From: the human T2T-CHM13v2.0 reference genome, Homo sapiens
Reading direction: 5' to 3' (one strand)
Length of the DNA: 64,000 nucleotides
NCBI RefSeq assembly: GCF_009914755.1
Contig: NC_060930.1
In this document: positions 50,152 to 62,872 of the stretch, piece by piece
How positions within the stretch are numbered: the stretch's first letter is position 1
How the letters are laid out: every line of letters begins with the position of its first letter
Program-made: the position numbers and the translations under genes
Notes under the pieces: model-generated
What the model was told of the DNA's origin: nothing
Database searches by the model: none
Seen by the model: the letters and a program-made list of their open reading frames with translations, nothing else

Positions 50152-52559
50152 AAGAAGTTGGAGGAGGAGGAAAAGAAGAGGAAGAGGAAGAGAAAGGAGG
50201 CCTAGAAAAATAATAGTCCTAACTCAGTAAGGCCAATAATAGAATTTCTAACACTATGACTTCCAAATCCCAGGTGTCCTCCATTTATGCTAAACATACA
50301 CTCTCTGATCTCATATTCCCATATTGGTAGTGGGTCCCACAAGCTCCTGAATCCTGTGTGAGGTTTCACTCTCAAGAATTACCATAGCCTGGTGTTTCAC
50401 CAGACCATGGTAAAATTAGGCTTGCTTTTAGATGGTATGCACATCAGTCTAGCATAGCTATATATAAAATAGTCTTCCTTTTTCCTATGAATGGATGCCA
50501 CGGTGGAAAAAAATTCCAATCAGTACATCTTACACATGCTGATTTCCTTTCGATAATATTAAACAATGCAGTTTTCAGAAGAAAATGGCCCAAAATAGTA
50601 TTAGGTTATAGGAGTATCTAGTATAAAATAAATAAAACAGTTCATGCTATTTTGACATTGGAACAGCTATGAATAAATCCTGATCAACAGGATTAAAAGA
50701 CAAAAGCTTAAAACAGATTTTCTTTCATTCTTTGGTTGCTATAAAATGTTATCAAAATATTATCATTCAAACAGAGGGAAGTGTTAACTTATTTGTGGCC
50801 ATTTCATAGTAACATCCTCTTTAAACCAAAATTGGATTTTGTTTCTATGGTAAGTTTATGCCATTGTATAAAGAAAATTCTTAAAGTTAGAAGTTGAGAA
50901 AAATTAAAAATCATGATGAAGTTACAATAATATATGTAGATATATGCTGAATACTATGCATTTCACAGATTACTTGGCAATCTTCTGATTGTTAAAGTTT
51001 TGTCAGAAGTAAATGCAGATGGCTAAATTGTATAAAAAAACTTTTGGATCTCTCTTTTCATACAGAAACTTGTAAATATTGTTTTACATCTTAGGATCAC
51101 ACATTTTAGGTCAAGAACAAACTTGAACTCATCTCCTTTAATCTGATAATTCTTGTGCTCTTCTAATATTTTATTACATTTTAGAGAAATTACAGAGGAG
51201 TAAGTTTTTGATGGAGCATTAAGCCTGCATTTAGAATCTAAATTTTTTCTTAAAAATAAGGTTCTCAGTATAATAAAGTGTCTCTTTTTATTAGAAGCTA
51301 ATTTTATGTTAATTGGAATAAGATATCATCAACCTTTTGGTAAGGCATTGAATAGCTTTGATGGGTGGTAGAATTCAGTTATGAGGTACTGTGGAGTGAC
51401 GGTTTTGGCCAGAACATCAAAGAGAGAGTGGCAGACTGTACTTTTCAAAGATGCTCATGACTCTATCTCCTAAGTTAACTACCCTTGTGCAATGACACCT
51501 TAGCATTCTCACATAAAAAAAAAAAGGTGTCTATTTCTCCAGTTCACTGTCTACCAGAATGATGGACTCTATGACTTATTTGACTGATAGAATGCAGCAG
51601 ATAATGCTGAGCCAGTTCTGAACATGGACCTCGGAGCTTCTGCTTCTTTCCTTTTGGAAGCTATGTGCCATGTAATAAGTGGTACTACCTGAGAACACCA
51701 CGCTGTAAACAGCCCAAGACATGCGGCAAGGCCTTGGAGGATGAGAAACCACAAGGGAAAGGATGAGGAAAATTGAGACACCAGACATATGAGTGAAGAG
51801 CTCATCTTGGAAGTTCATCTTCTGGCCTAGATGCTCTGAATGACTACATATAAATCAGCGACAAATCTCCCAGTCAAATTATTCCCAAGTTCCTGACCTT
51901 CAAAGCTGTGAGCAAAGTAAACTGGGTGTTACAAGCCACTAATATTTCAAGTAATTTTTTTCCCAGAAATACATAACTAAAACAGAATTTATGTCTCAAA
52001 ATGAGGTCCCGCTGCAACAAAAAATTGAAACAAATTAGCATTGCTTTGAGACTGGAAGCCAGGCAGAAGATACAAGAGCCTTGAGAAGACTATTTGTGAA
52101 GAATGAAGGACGTCATTATCAGAACTGTAGAAGAGGTGCCCTCTTGTTATATAATGGAAGGAAGTTGGGCAACAGTTATCTACCTATGAGAACATAGAAA
52201 ATAGAATATGCCAACCTATTATTTTTGCTAAGGAGATTTCTAGGCAGAATGATGAAAGTAACAACTTTTTTTTTTTTTTAAAGCAGCAAATGATAAAAGA
52301 GAGAGAAAGAAGTTTAAACTGGAATTATAGAAGGCCCAGGATTGTCTTTCTAGCCAGTGAAAATTTCTCGAAGCAAGAAATGGCCTCATGGTAAAGACAA
52401 AGTCAAGGGTGCAACTCTACAATCCTTTATTGGAGCTTAGAAAAATTTAAGAATATGTTCAAAGACCCTCTAAGAAATAAACAATGAAACATCCATGAAT
52501 CTTGCAGATATAATTTCCCAATTTTTAAAATTTTTTTCTGAGTAGTCCTGAATGACCAC

Positions 52560-55500
52560 ATTTTTAACTTTTATGGATACATTATAGTTGTACATATTTA
52601 TGCAGTACCTGTGATATTTTGATACAAGTATACAATGTTCAATGATCAAATCAGGGTAATTGGGATATTCATCACCTTAAACATTTATTATTTCTTTGTG
52701 TTACAATCTAACACAATCTAAGAACACTCTAAGCCCACTTTTCTAGTTCTTTTAAAATATACAAAAATATTTATTTATATATATAAATTATTGTTAACTA
52801 TAGTTGCCCTATTTTGCCACCAAACACTAGATCTTATTTCTTCTAACTGTATTTGTGTACCAATTAACCAACCCTTCTTTATTTCCCCCTCCCCACCACC
52901 CTTCCCAGTCTCTAGTAACCATCATTACACTCTCCATCTCCATGAGATCAATTTTTTAGCTTTCACATATGTGTGAGAACATATGACATTTGCTTTCTGT
53001 ACCTGGCTTACTTCATTTGACATAATGTTCTCCAGTTTCATTATGTTGTTGCAAATGACAAGATTTCATTCTTACTTATGACTGAATAATATTCCATTGT
53101 GTATATGTACCACTTTTTAAATTTGTTCATCTATTGATGTTCATATAGGTTGATTCCAGATTTTTGCTATTGTGAATAGTGCTGCAATAAACACAGGAAT
53201 GTAGGTATCCCTTTAATATATCGATTCCTTTTCCTTTGGATATATATCCAGTAATAGATTACTAGATCATATGGTAGTTCTATTTTTAGTTTGGTTTTTT
53301 TTTTGAGAAATCTTCATACTGTTTTCCATAGTGGCAGTATTAATTTGTATTCCCACCAACAGTGTATAACAGTTAGCATTTCTCTGCATCCTCACCAGCA
53401 TCTATTACTTTTCTGTCTTTTTAATAATAGTCACATTCTAACTGGGATAAGATGATATCTCATTGTGGTTTTGATTTGCATTTCCCTGATGATTAGTGAT
53501 GTCAAGCATTTTTTCATATACGTGGTGGCAATTTATATATCTTCTTTTGAGAAATATCTATTCAGATCTTTTGCTCATTTCCTAACTGGATAATTTGTTT
53601 TTTCTGCTGTTGAGTTGTTTGAGTTACTTGTGTGCCCTGGTTGTTAATCCCTTGTCAACTGAATAATTTGAAAATAATTTATTTCATTCTGTAGATTGCC
53701 TCTGCATTTTGTTAATTGTACCCTTTGCTGTGCAGATGATTTTAGCTTGATATAATCCCATTTGTCCATTTTTGCTTTGGCCTCTACCTTTGAGGTCTTA
53801 CTCAAGGATTCTTTTCTCTGACCACTAATGTCCTGGAGAAATTTTCCAATGTTTACATCTAGTTGTTTCATACTTGCAGGTCTTACATTTAAATCTTTAC
53901 TCCATTTTGATTTGATTTTGGTGTATAAATAAATTTCTAGACACCTATAGCCTATTAAGATTGAACCACAAAGACACATAAAACTTGACTAGATCAATAA
54001 TAAGAAACAAGATAGCAGTAGTGAAAAGTCTTCCATCAAAGAAAAGCCCAGGATCTAATGGCTTAACTGCTGAATTCTGCCAAACATTTAAGGGAGAAGT
54101 AATACCAGTGATACTCAAACTATTCCAAAAAAATTGAGAAGGGAACACTATTAAACTCATTCTGTATGGCCAGTATTACACTGATACCAAAACCAGACAA
54201 AGACACAATAGAAAAAGAAAACTGCAGGCCAATCTCTCTGATGAATATAGATGCAAAAAACCTCAACAAAATATTAGCAAACCATATTCAACAACACATT
54301 CAAAGATCATTCACTATGACCAGTGGAATTCATCCTGTGGATGCAAGGATGGTTCAATATATGTAAATCAATAAATGTGATACATCACATCAGCAGAATA
54401 AAGGAAAAAAACCATATGATTATTTCAGTAGTTAAAAAAAGAATTTGACAAAATTCAACATTCCTTCATGATAAAAATTCTCAACAAACTGTATATAAAA
54501 GGAACATACCTTAACACAGTAATGGAATGGCCATATATAACAAACCCATGGATAGTATCATACTAAACAGGGAAAAACTGAAAGCCTTCCCTCTAAGATC
54601 TGGAACAAGACAAATATACCCACTTTTACCATTTCTATTCAACATATTACTAGAAGTCCTAGCCAGAACAATTAGACAAAAGAAAGAAATACAATGCATC
54701 CAAATTGGAAAAAAAGAAAACAATTTATTTTTGCTTGCAGGTTATATGATCTTATATTTATAGAAACCTAAGATGCCACCAAAAAACTATTAACAGATAA
54801 AGTCAGTAAAACTGCAGGATACAAAATCCACATACAAAAAAATTAGTAGTATTTCTGTATGCTGATAGTGAACAATCTGAAAAAGAAACCAAGAATGTAA
54901 TCCCATTTACAATAGCTAATAATAAAACAAAACTCTTTGGTTAAGGAATAAACTTATCCAAAGAAGTGAAAAACCTCTACAATGAAAACTGTAAGACATT
55001 GATGAAAGAAATCAAAGAGAACTCACAAAAAAGGAAAGATATTTTGTTTGTGGATTAGAAGAATCAATATTATTAAAATGTCCCTACTATCCAAAGCTAT
55101 CTACAGATTCAATGAAATCCCTATCAAAATATCAATGACATTATTCACAGAAATAGAAAAAAAACCCTAAAATTTGTATGGAACCACAAACAACCCAGAA
55201 TAGACAAATAAATCCTGAGCAAAAAGAACAAAGCTGGAGGCATCACATTACCTGACTTCAAATTATGCTACAAAGCTATAGTAACAAAAACAGCATGGTA
55301 GCTAGGTGTGGTGGCATGTGCCTATAGTCCTAGATACTTGAGAGGCTGAAGCAGGAGCTCAGGAGGTTGCAACCAGCCTGAGCAATATAGTGAGACCCAT
55401 CTAGAAATAAATAAATAAACCCAGCATGATACTGGCATAAAAACTGACACTGACCAATGGAGAAAAATAGAGAAGCCAGAAATAATTCCACACATTTATG

Positions 55501-55600
55501 GTCAACTCATTTTTGGCAAAGTCACCAAGAACACATCAGGGAAAAGACAGTATCTTCCTTCAATAAATAGCGCTGGGTAAACTGGATATTCAAATGCAGA
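52560..55600 (-). mobile_element. L1MA (about L1MA2-3) with 5' inversion: 3' part minus (52560-53926), inverted part plus (53927-55600)
   Basis: Minus ORF YTKIKSKW...; plus ORFs [12 protein letters not shown] and [11 protein letters not shown], ending NWIFKCR. Confidence 0.9.
55301..55421 (+). mobile_element. FLAM (Alu monomer) inside the L1
   Basis: Monomer with (TAAA)n tail; TSD CAGCATG(G/A)TA at 55291-55300 and 55422-55431. Confidence 0.85.
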
Positions 55601-55826
55601 CAAAGGACATGCTTTTTAGAACACTCTGCTAGACAAAAGGACTTTTAAAAATTCTAAGAGTGTTGTCCTGTAGCACCTTGACTGTCAGGGTAAAGAGGAA
55701 CTTGTATCTAAGAGATCAGCAGATCCCACTCATGTTTATTAGAGTGAACACTAATGTGATTGATCAGAAACATAAAGTTTGCAAGGAAATTTTACTCGCT
55801 ATCTTGGATTGAAAAAGAAACAGTTG

Positions 55827-56068
55827 ATGTTCTCACTTACAAGTGGGAGCTAAATGATGAGAACACATAGACACAGAGAGGGGAACATCACACACCCGGG
55901 CCTTTCAGAGGGTGGAAGGTAGGAGGAGGGACAGGATCAGGAAAAATAACTAATGGGTACCAGGCTTAATACCTGGGTGATGAAATAATCTGTACAACAA
56001 ACCCCCATGACACAAGTATACCTATGTAACAAACCTGTACTTGTTTCTCTTTACTAAAAATAAAAGTT
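55827..56068 (+). mobile_element. L1PA13-like 3' end
   Basis: ATGTTCTCACTTACAAGTGGGAGCTAAATGATGAGAACAC...GGATCAGGAAAAATAACTAATGGGTAC; degenerate TSD AAAGA(A/G)ACA(G/A)TT. Confidence 0.85.
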
Positions 56069-58307
56069 AAAGAGACAATTCAAGTAGGAAAAAAAAGTCT
56101 ATAATAGGAAGTAGGCTGAGAAAGTCACAAACACAGACCATAAGTCCAGAGAGCAGAAACTAAAACAGCATATCACTCCCATGGAACAGAATCAGGGCCT
56201 GATTAAAAACAAACAAACAAAAAAAGACATAATATGCCTAGCTAGAATTCAGAAATGCTTTAGACTAGTGACGGCTACGTTATTCCCATTCCATACTCTC
56301 CAACTTTTTTCACTGAAGAGTTTATTGCATTTGTCCTATTCTTGCAGCCACATTGTGTGGTGGGTGTGAGGAAACCAGCTAACTTGTCTCCTTAGTTCAC
56401 AGCTTTCGCTGAAAGTAACTACACTTGAGAAACCTTTATCATACCAGGACCTGATTTAGATGATGAGCTCCTGGACTTTGAGCTAATATTGTACTGGAAT
56501 GAGAACATGTGTGTCTTGAAATGGAGATGAGCGTATTTTGTATATGGGAGAGATATGAATTGTAATAGCCACAGGAACTGGTAGATAGTCTTGGTCCCTA
56601 TACACATGCTGAGTCTCATATCAAGAGGTGGAGCCTAATGCCCTTCCCTGTGAATAGGGACTTTCCCGGTAACTTACTTGACTAACAAAGTATAGTGAAA
56701 ATGACTTTTGGGACCTTGGAGGCTACATCATAAGAATTTTTTTAATTATTTTGAGCCTCTTAGAATGCTTGCTCTGGGGACATATTGCCATGTTGTCTAA
56801 AGCCCAAAGACATATGCAAAGTTTACATGTATGTGTTTCACTCAACAGTCCTAAAAAAGCTCTCAGCCAGCAGCCTGCCCACACTGCCAGCCTTATGAAT
56901 GAGCCATCTTAGATATTCAACTCAGTTGAGCCTTCATATGACTCTAGCCTCAACCATCATCTGTCTGCAACATGACGGACTCTGAATAAGAACTGCTAAG
57001 TCAATCCATGAACCATGAGACAGAAAAATGAGTTGTTCTTTTAGGCCACTAAAGTTTAGGGTTGTTTGTGACACAACAGTGGGTAACCTATACAAAGTTT
57101 TGTATTTTGTCAGAAGAAAGGAATTATTGCTTCAGAGATGTGGCAGCTGAAACACGTTTACATCTCAGATTATCACTCTACATTCCTCCACTTCCTTTGC
57201 TAAATATTATTGACTAAGGAGCCAAATTCTTTGCAGTATGGAAGATAATACTCTCTCCAATAGAAAAAAAAAAAAGATAAATTGTGAATTATTCACATGA
57301 CTTGTGGTCTGGGTTGTGCAAATGTTTGCATATTAAAAAAATAACAATGGTAATATATTTTAAGGTCATCTCTTTGATTTTTATTTTAAAGTGAAATATG
57401 TATGGAAAACACAGGGGAAAATATTTGCAGTATAAGTTGTTGGAAAGGCAAATATTTTAATGCATACATTTTAAAGGAAACACCTTCCATGATCTCCTTT
57501 TGAAATATGATAGATAAAACGTTTTAGCATCTGTCCCACTGGGTGTTTCCAGCATACGAAAACCCTCCCAAGATGACTGTAGTTCTTTAGGAGTGAATCC
57601 AAAACAGCCTGAGGTAAAACATTTACTTTTTGTTTTTGGGATTCTTAGCAATTAACTTGCTCCTAAAACTCTTGCTATCTTGGCACTGCTCACATACACC
57701 TTCTATTCCGTTATCTTTCCCTGTATTCGTTGCTATGCCCAACACTACTCTTCCTGCAGGCCACTGAACAGTGAGGAACCTGCTTTTTTGTATTCCTCAC
57801 AGAAACTGGCCTAGTGATATGCTCAAAATAGCTGCTCAGATGGCTGCTGAACGACAACATATCTTCAAAGTACAGAGAATGGAAAGCCACGCTGCATTTC
57901 ATTTGTACCTTGGGTGAGGGTACTTTAGTTGTGCTATACTTGTCAGTCTCTGTTCCCAGAGAAGCATTGCACATTAGCAAGCATCATTACTTTCAAAGAA
58001 AATCCCCAGTGTTCATGACATAGTTCCACCTAAAGAACACAAGTGAAGGTTAGGGAAGGAAAGTGACAGGAGGATGGCTGTTTGAGGGCAAGATTAGTTT
58101 GGCCACTGAGCTTTAAAGTCACGCTTGTAATAAAAAGGCCTAGGAAGCAAAGATCCTGGAAGCAGAGATCAGAGTGTGAAGAAAGTGGCAGGAATGAGAA
58201 GTTAGGGAAAGCAAAGAGCCAGAACCTGGAGGATCAGCCAGAGCCAGAGGAGACATAAATAGTGACAGAGAGAACCAGTACAGGAAGCTAGTTAAGGTGG
58301 GAGGTTC

Positions 58308-58405
58308 AAAATCAATCATTCCACACTGTATGTATATCAACGTGGCTGTGTACCCTGTATTTATGTACAATTATAATTTGTCAAAAATTAAATTAAAATT
58401 TAAAC
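58308..58405 (+). mobile_element. L1M extreme 3' tail fragment
   Basis: ATCATTCCACACTGTATGTATATC...TGTACCCTGTATTTATGTACAATTATAATTTGTCAAAAATTAAA. Confidence 0.6.
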
Positions 58406-59324
58406 TAAACCAAACAAACACAGAAAAAAACAAGCCAGAGTTGAGGAGCCTCACATGGATCTACAAGAAGTTCGTTCATGACAGGTTTTGAGGTAGCATG
58501 TCTTGGGGCTAACGCCAATCAGCCAACCAACAAAAATTAACAACAAGATACCTTTCCTTTCAGCTCTTCTATTCATATAAGCACATATTTATCAATCAGC
58601 TAAGATGGCCTCAGTGCTAGGGTGCTGGGGATAGAGACCTATCTAGAAAGACCCAATTATTCCTTTTACAGAGCTTACATTCTAGAGCAGAAGTAATGAG
58701 TTGAGTGCATATCACTGGCCACACAGAGATTACACAGATTCTTCAGGGTAGCCAAAGAGAGTTCTTCTAGGGCAGTGACTTATTTCCCCCAGTGTCAGGG
58801 GGCCATGCAACCTCCCTTTGTTCAGTCTAGAGAAGATGGCCTAGGAGATTTTCTAATTATGGAATTGGAATCCTCATTCACTGTAGCAGGAGCAAACTAA
58901 GGAGCCAGTGGAAGCCAAATGAAGATCCCTGCTTCCTGAGCGCTCACACTGCACAATTTCAGAAAATCACAAACATCTTAGTACAGAAGGATCTGCAACA
59001 CCTGGCAGGAAGCATCCAATGCACACTGATCTGGATTCAGATGGATGTTCTTATTAGGGTGTCAAAGAAGAATTTTTTCCAGGAATTTTTAAACATGGAG
59101 CAGGAACATAAACATGGCAATGCCAAGTAACTTTGCCAAGTATGAAGAGAACAGAGTTTGTCACCCTCTGTGAAAGGTGAACTAGGACTCTGCCTGATTC
59201 AGAAGCTCACTTTGTGGACCAAGTGTGTTCCCTAAGTCTCCTTTAAGCTAGTTACTCTGGTTTCAGAGCATTCAGACAATAGCATTGCCCTCAGCACATT
59301 ACCATGCAGGCAGAGGCTGCTTCT

Positions 59325-59540
59325 AAAGGCAGGAAGGAAGGAAGAAAGGGAGGGAGGGAGGGAGAGAGGGAGGGAGGGAAGAAGGAAGGAAGGATGGAAG
59401 GAAGGAAGGAAGGAAGCGGGGAAAGGGGGAAGGGGGGGAGTGGGGAAGTGGGGAAAGGGGAAAGGGGGAAAGGGGAAAGGGACAAAGGGGGAAGGGGGAA
59501 AGGGGGAAGAGGGGAGGGAGGGAGGGGTGGAGGGAAGAGG
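59325..59540 (+). repeat. Compound polypurine tract (GGAA)n/(GGGA)n/(GGGGAAA)n
   Basis: About 215 nt almost purely A/G, with many runs of 3-7 G. Confidence 0.95.
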
Positions 59541-59904
59541 TGGGCCAGCCTATGAGCCACCAGCATTGACTGGCGTTTCTCACACACTCAGTTTATAATG
59601 ACAGCCTTGCCTTCTTCCTGTGCATCATTTGGTAGCTTCCTCTCATTGTCACCTGAATACAAATAAGAAAACTGTTCTCAATTTGACAGCAATAAAGAGA
59701 CAGTTTTTGAAATATAAATAGGGTACAGAAAGGGTAGCTGCCTATAGTAAACAAAATGTAAAATATTGAGATAGAAAAAAAGTTACTAAACAAAAATAAA
59801 TGTGTACATTCTCATATCCTGTATATAAACAAGTGATACTCTTCTTTCTATTTTTTGTAACAATATTTTAGCAAGCTGTTAAAGTTCTCATTGTGAGAAA
59901 TAAT

Positions 59905-60130
59905 TAGAACATGTTTGAATATGAAATCTGGAATCAGACCTGGATTTGAATCTCAACTCTGTCAAATGATAGCTGTGTGAATATGAGCAAGATATTTAAT
60001 CTCCTTTTATGTCTCAGATTTACCATCTACAAAATGGAGGAAATAATCTTACTATTCTTAAAGCAACTGATAATCATAATATACAAAAAGCCTCTGATAT
60101 GTATTAAGCCCCTTCAATAAATGGTAGTTA
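59905..60130 (+). mobile_element. MIR
   Basis: TCTGGAATCAGACCTGGATTTGAATCTCAACTCTG...AGCTGTGTGA...CATCTACAAAATGGAG...TCAATAAATGGTAG. Confidence 0.82.
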
Positions 60131-60256
60131 AGTTGCCATCTTAAGAGCCATTTGAGCTAGAACTAAAGGTAGTGCTACCAGAATTGCATGTATTTTGCCT
60201 GATATCAGCAGTTGGCAGATGCAGTGAGCAAAATCCCTCACAGAATAGTGCCTTCA

Positions 60257-60621
<365 letters not shown>

Positions 60622-61125
60622 CTACTACCATTCCACAAACAGACAATGGAGGAAATGTTGGCATTTCCAGTTCCATATGTGTGTGTCTTAATAAATAAGA
60701 CAAAACATTGAAAAAAAAATTCTGCTAATATTAACAGAGACTTGAACCGGCAACTTTACTGCACTAGTGCAGGACAACCATGTGTCGTGAAGAGTCTACA
60801 AGGAATTTGAGAAAAGGGCAGGAGGTAGGATGTTGCACCTTCAACTGCTCCATTTGCTTTTAGCAGTTTACAGTGTTTGCAGTTTACCTGTGGCCAATGA
60901 CATGGATTTTTGACTTATACAATCTACTATTAACAAAATCAAGACTCACAAAGTAGATAGGAGACCTTAAATTTTTTTTTTTTTTTACAAAAGAGTCTGG
61001 TTGTTGATAAAACTCTTAACACCAGCACCAGAGAGAACAACAAGAAGGGTGGAGGTGAGACCTCTAATGTGAGTCCCCTGGAAGGCCATCCAGTTTGACA
61101 CCACAGGTGTTTCCTCTTCTGTGAG

Positions 61126-61620
61126 TGTGTCATGCATGGAGGTGCACCTCTCTGATCTTCCTTCAAGGAAGAGCTTGCTGTCAGGCTGCAAGAAGCACAG
61201 TTAGCTGAAAGCCTGCGGGTATTAGTGCTGCATCATTTGCCTCTGCTTCACTCTGGCAGACCCCAGCAAATGACTGATCATGGTGGGAGTCCAAGGGCCT
61301 GGCCATTTCTAACCAACGTGGGCCTCCTCTAAGGGCAATCTTTGCTCTGGAGCTCCCTGTTGAGTTGGTGGAGACATTTTCAGATCTGCAACTCAGCCTG
61401 AGGCACTTGCTGCCTAATCCTGCTTCTCCTCTCCTCTGTCCCTAGCTCTGCCTTCCCTTTACATCTGTCAGTGCTGCATTGCATTGAGGCCTAAAGATTT
61501 TTTTTTTCTTTCCTGCCTTGCTTCCTTCTCCTTTCATTGTTTACAGGTGTTACCATCCAATAAAACTCTTGAACTCCTAACTCCATCCCAGCATCTGCTT
61601 CCCACACAGCCCAAACAGCA
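61126..61620 (+). mobile_element. LTR16A-family (ERVL) solo LTR
   Basis: CATGGAGGTGCACC...CAGTTAGCTGA...GGCCATTTCT...GGGCAATCTTTGCTCTGGAGCTCCC...CAATAAA...GCATCTGCTTCCC. Confidence 0.85.
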
Positions 61621-62084
61621 TAGTTAGTCCCTGGAAAATGTTTAAGAGCTGAAACTTGGGTTTCCATAGAAACTAAATTTTTATGGAGTGACTTCCTTTT
61701 TCTTTTGTTTGTTTGGCTCTCTACTTTTGTTTCCTTGTAAATTTAATAATCAACATTCCACTTAAAATTTCCCTGCATATTTTCCACTCCTTAATAACAC
61801 TTGTTGGACTTGTTTTCATATCATTGTTTAGAAAAAAATTATGGCAGATTTAGTATTAAAAGATATTTGTATGCTGCATTTTCATAATTCATCCCTAACT
61901 TATCACCAAACTAATTTTTCAAAAGATAAATATTTTGAAAACTGATTTAATCCAATACTTATGGAATTTTCACTCCGTACCAGGCACTGTATACTGTGAT
62001 ACGTGCAGTTAGCATGATAACTGAAGCTTCCTGAATTTGTGGTGCTTATATTCTGAGGGAGCCAGACAGGCAACAAACAAACCA

Positions 62085-62365
62085 ACTGCCTGCCTGGGAT
62101 ACTCCTTGTCAAACTTTCACAAGTCTTTGTCCCTCACTTTGCTCTGGTCTTTGCTCCAATGTCACCTTTCAGAGGTCTTCCGTGGATACTCCATCTCAAA
62201 TAGCTCTTTCTCTTTATATTGCTGGATGTTTCTTCCTTGAACTTACTGCATTCAAGATGACATTTGTGTATTGCTTCATCTATATCCCCTAATAGAATGT
62301 AAGCTTCATGAAGCCAGCGACTTTGAATCTCCAAGTCCTGAAGCAGCGTCTTTCACCTAGAACAG
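62085..62365 (+). mobile_element. L2 3' region
   Basis: CCCTCACTT...GGTCTTTGCTCCAATGTCACCTTTCAGAGG...TAGAATGTAAGCTTCATGAAG. Confidence 0.75.
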
Positions 62366-62409
62366 AGCTCTTCCCAAGCATGTTAAGACATAAAAATAAT
62401 AGCAACTTA

Positions 62410-62596
62410 GCTAGGCAAATTATTCTTAGAGCAAATATTAATAATATATAAGAAGCCTCTGATACATATTAGCTTCTGTAGCTGCTTCTATCATTGTAGC
62501 TACTCAGGAAACGGAGGCAAGATAATTGCTTGAGCCCAGGAGTTTAAGACCAACCTGGGCAACATAACAAGACCCTGTCTAAAAAGAAAAAAAAGA
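62410..62596 (+). mobile_element. FLAM-like Alu monomer with a foreign insert near its 5' end
   Basis: GCTAGGCA [insert] ...AGCTACTCAGG...TTGCTTGAGCCCAGGAGTTTAAGACCAACCTGGGCAACATA, then an A tail. Confidence 0.75.
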
Positions 62597-62872
62597 AGAG
62601 ACAATTTGAGTAAAAGTTGTTCCGCCCAAAATTAATAAATAAATAGATTACTTGAAATATAAAACTTCATTCATCATTGACATGCTAAGCCTATTTTTAA
62701 GGGTATATTATATCTTGAGAAACTAGATAGTAGCAGTATGAAGCCATGACAAAGAGAAACTAATTATTTCATCTTCAGATCATTCCTTAAACTTCACACA
62801 TTTGTATATGTTTCATATGTCCCACTTTATAAATAAATAAATGAACATATATTGTGGATGTGTGTTAAAAGA

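Larger units (their letters stand above)
51427..57093 (+). mobile_element. MLT1H-family MaLR provirus: LTR ~51427-51984, internal part, LTR ~56577-57093; interrupted by L1s
   Basis: Both LTR ends show AAGCCACTAA/AGGCCACTAA...TAAC...ACA; MLT1-int-like sequence at 51985-52500 and 55610-56575. Confidence 0.7.

Noticed and set aside
59291-59587. Pro-rich and Gly/Arg/Glu-rich ORFs
   Set aside because: Translation artefacts of the polypurine tract.
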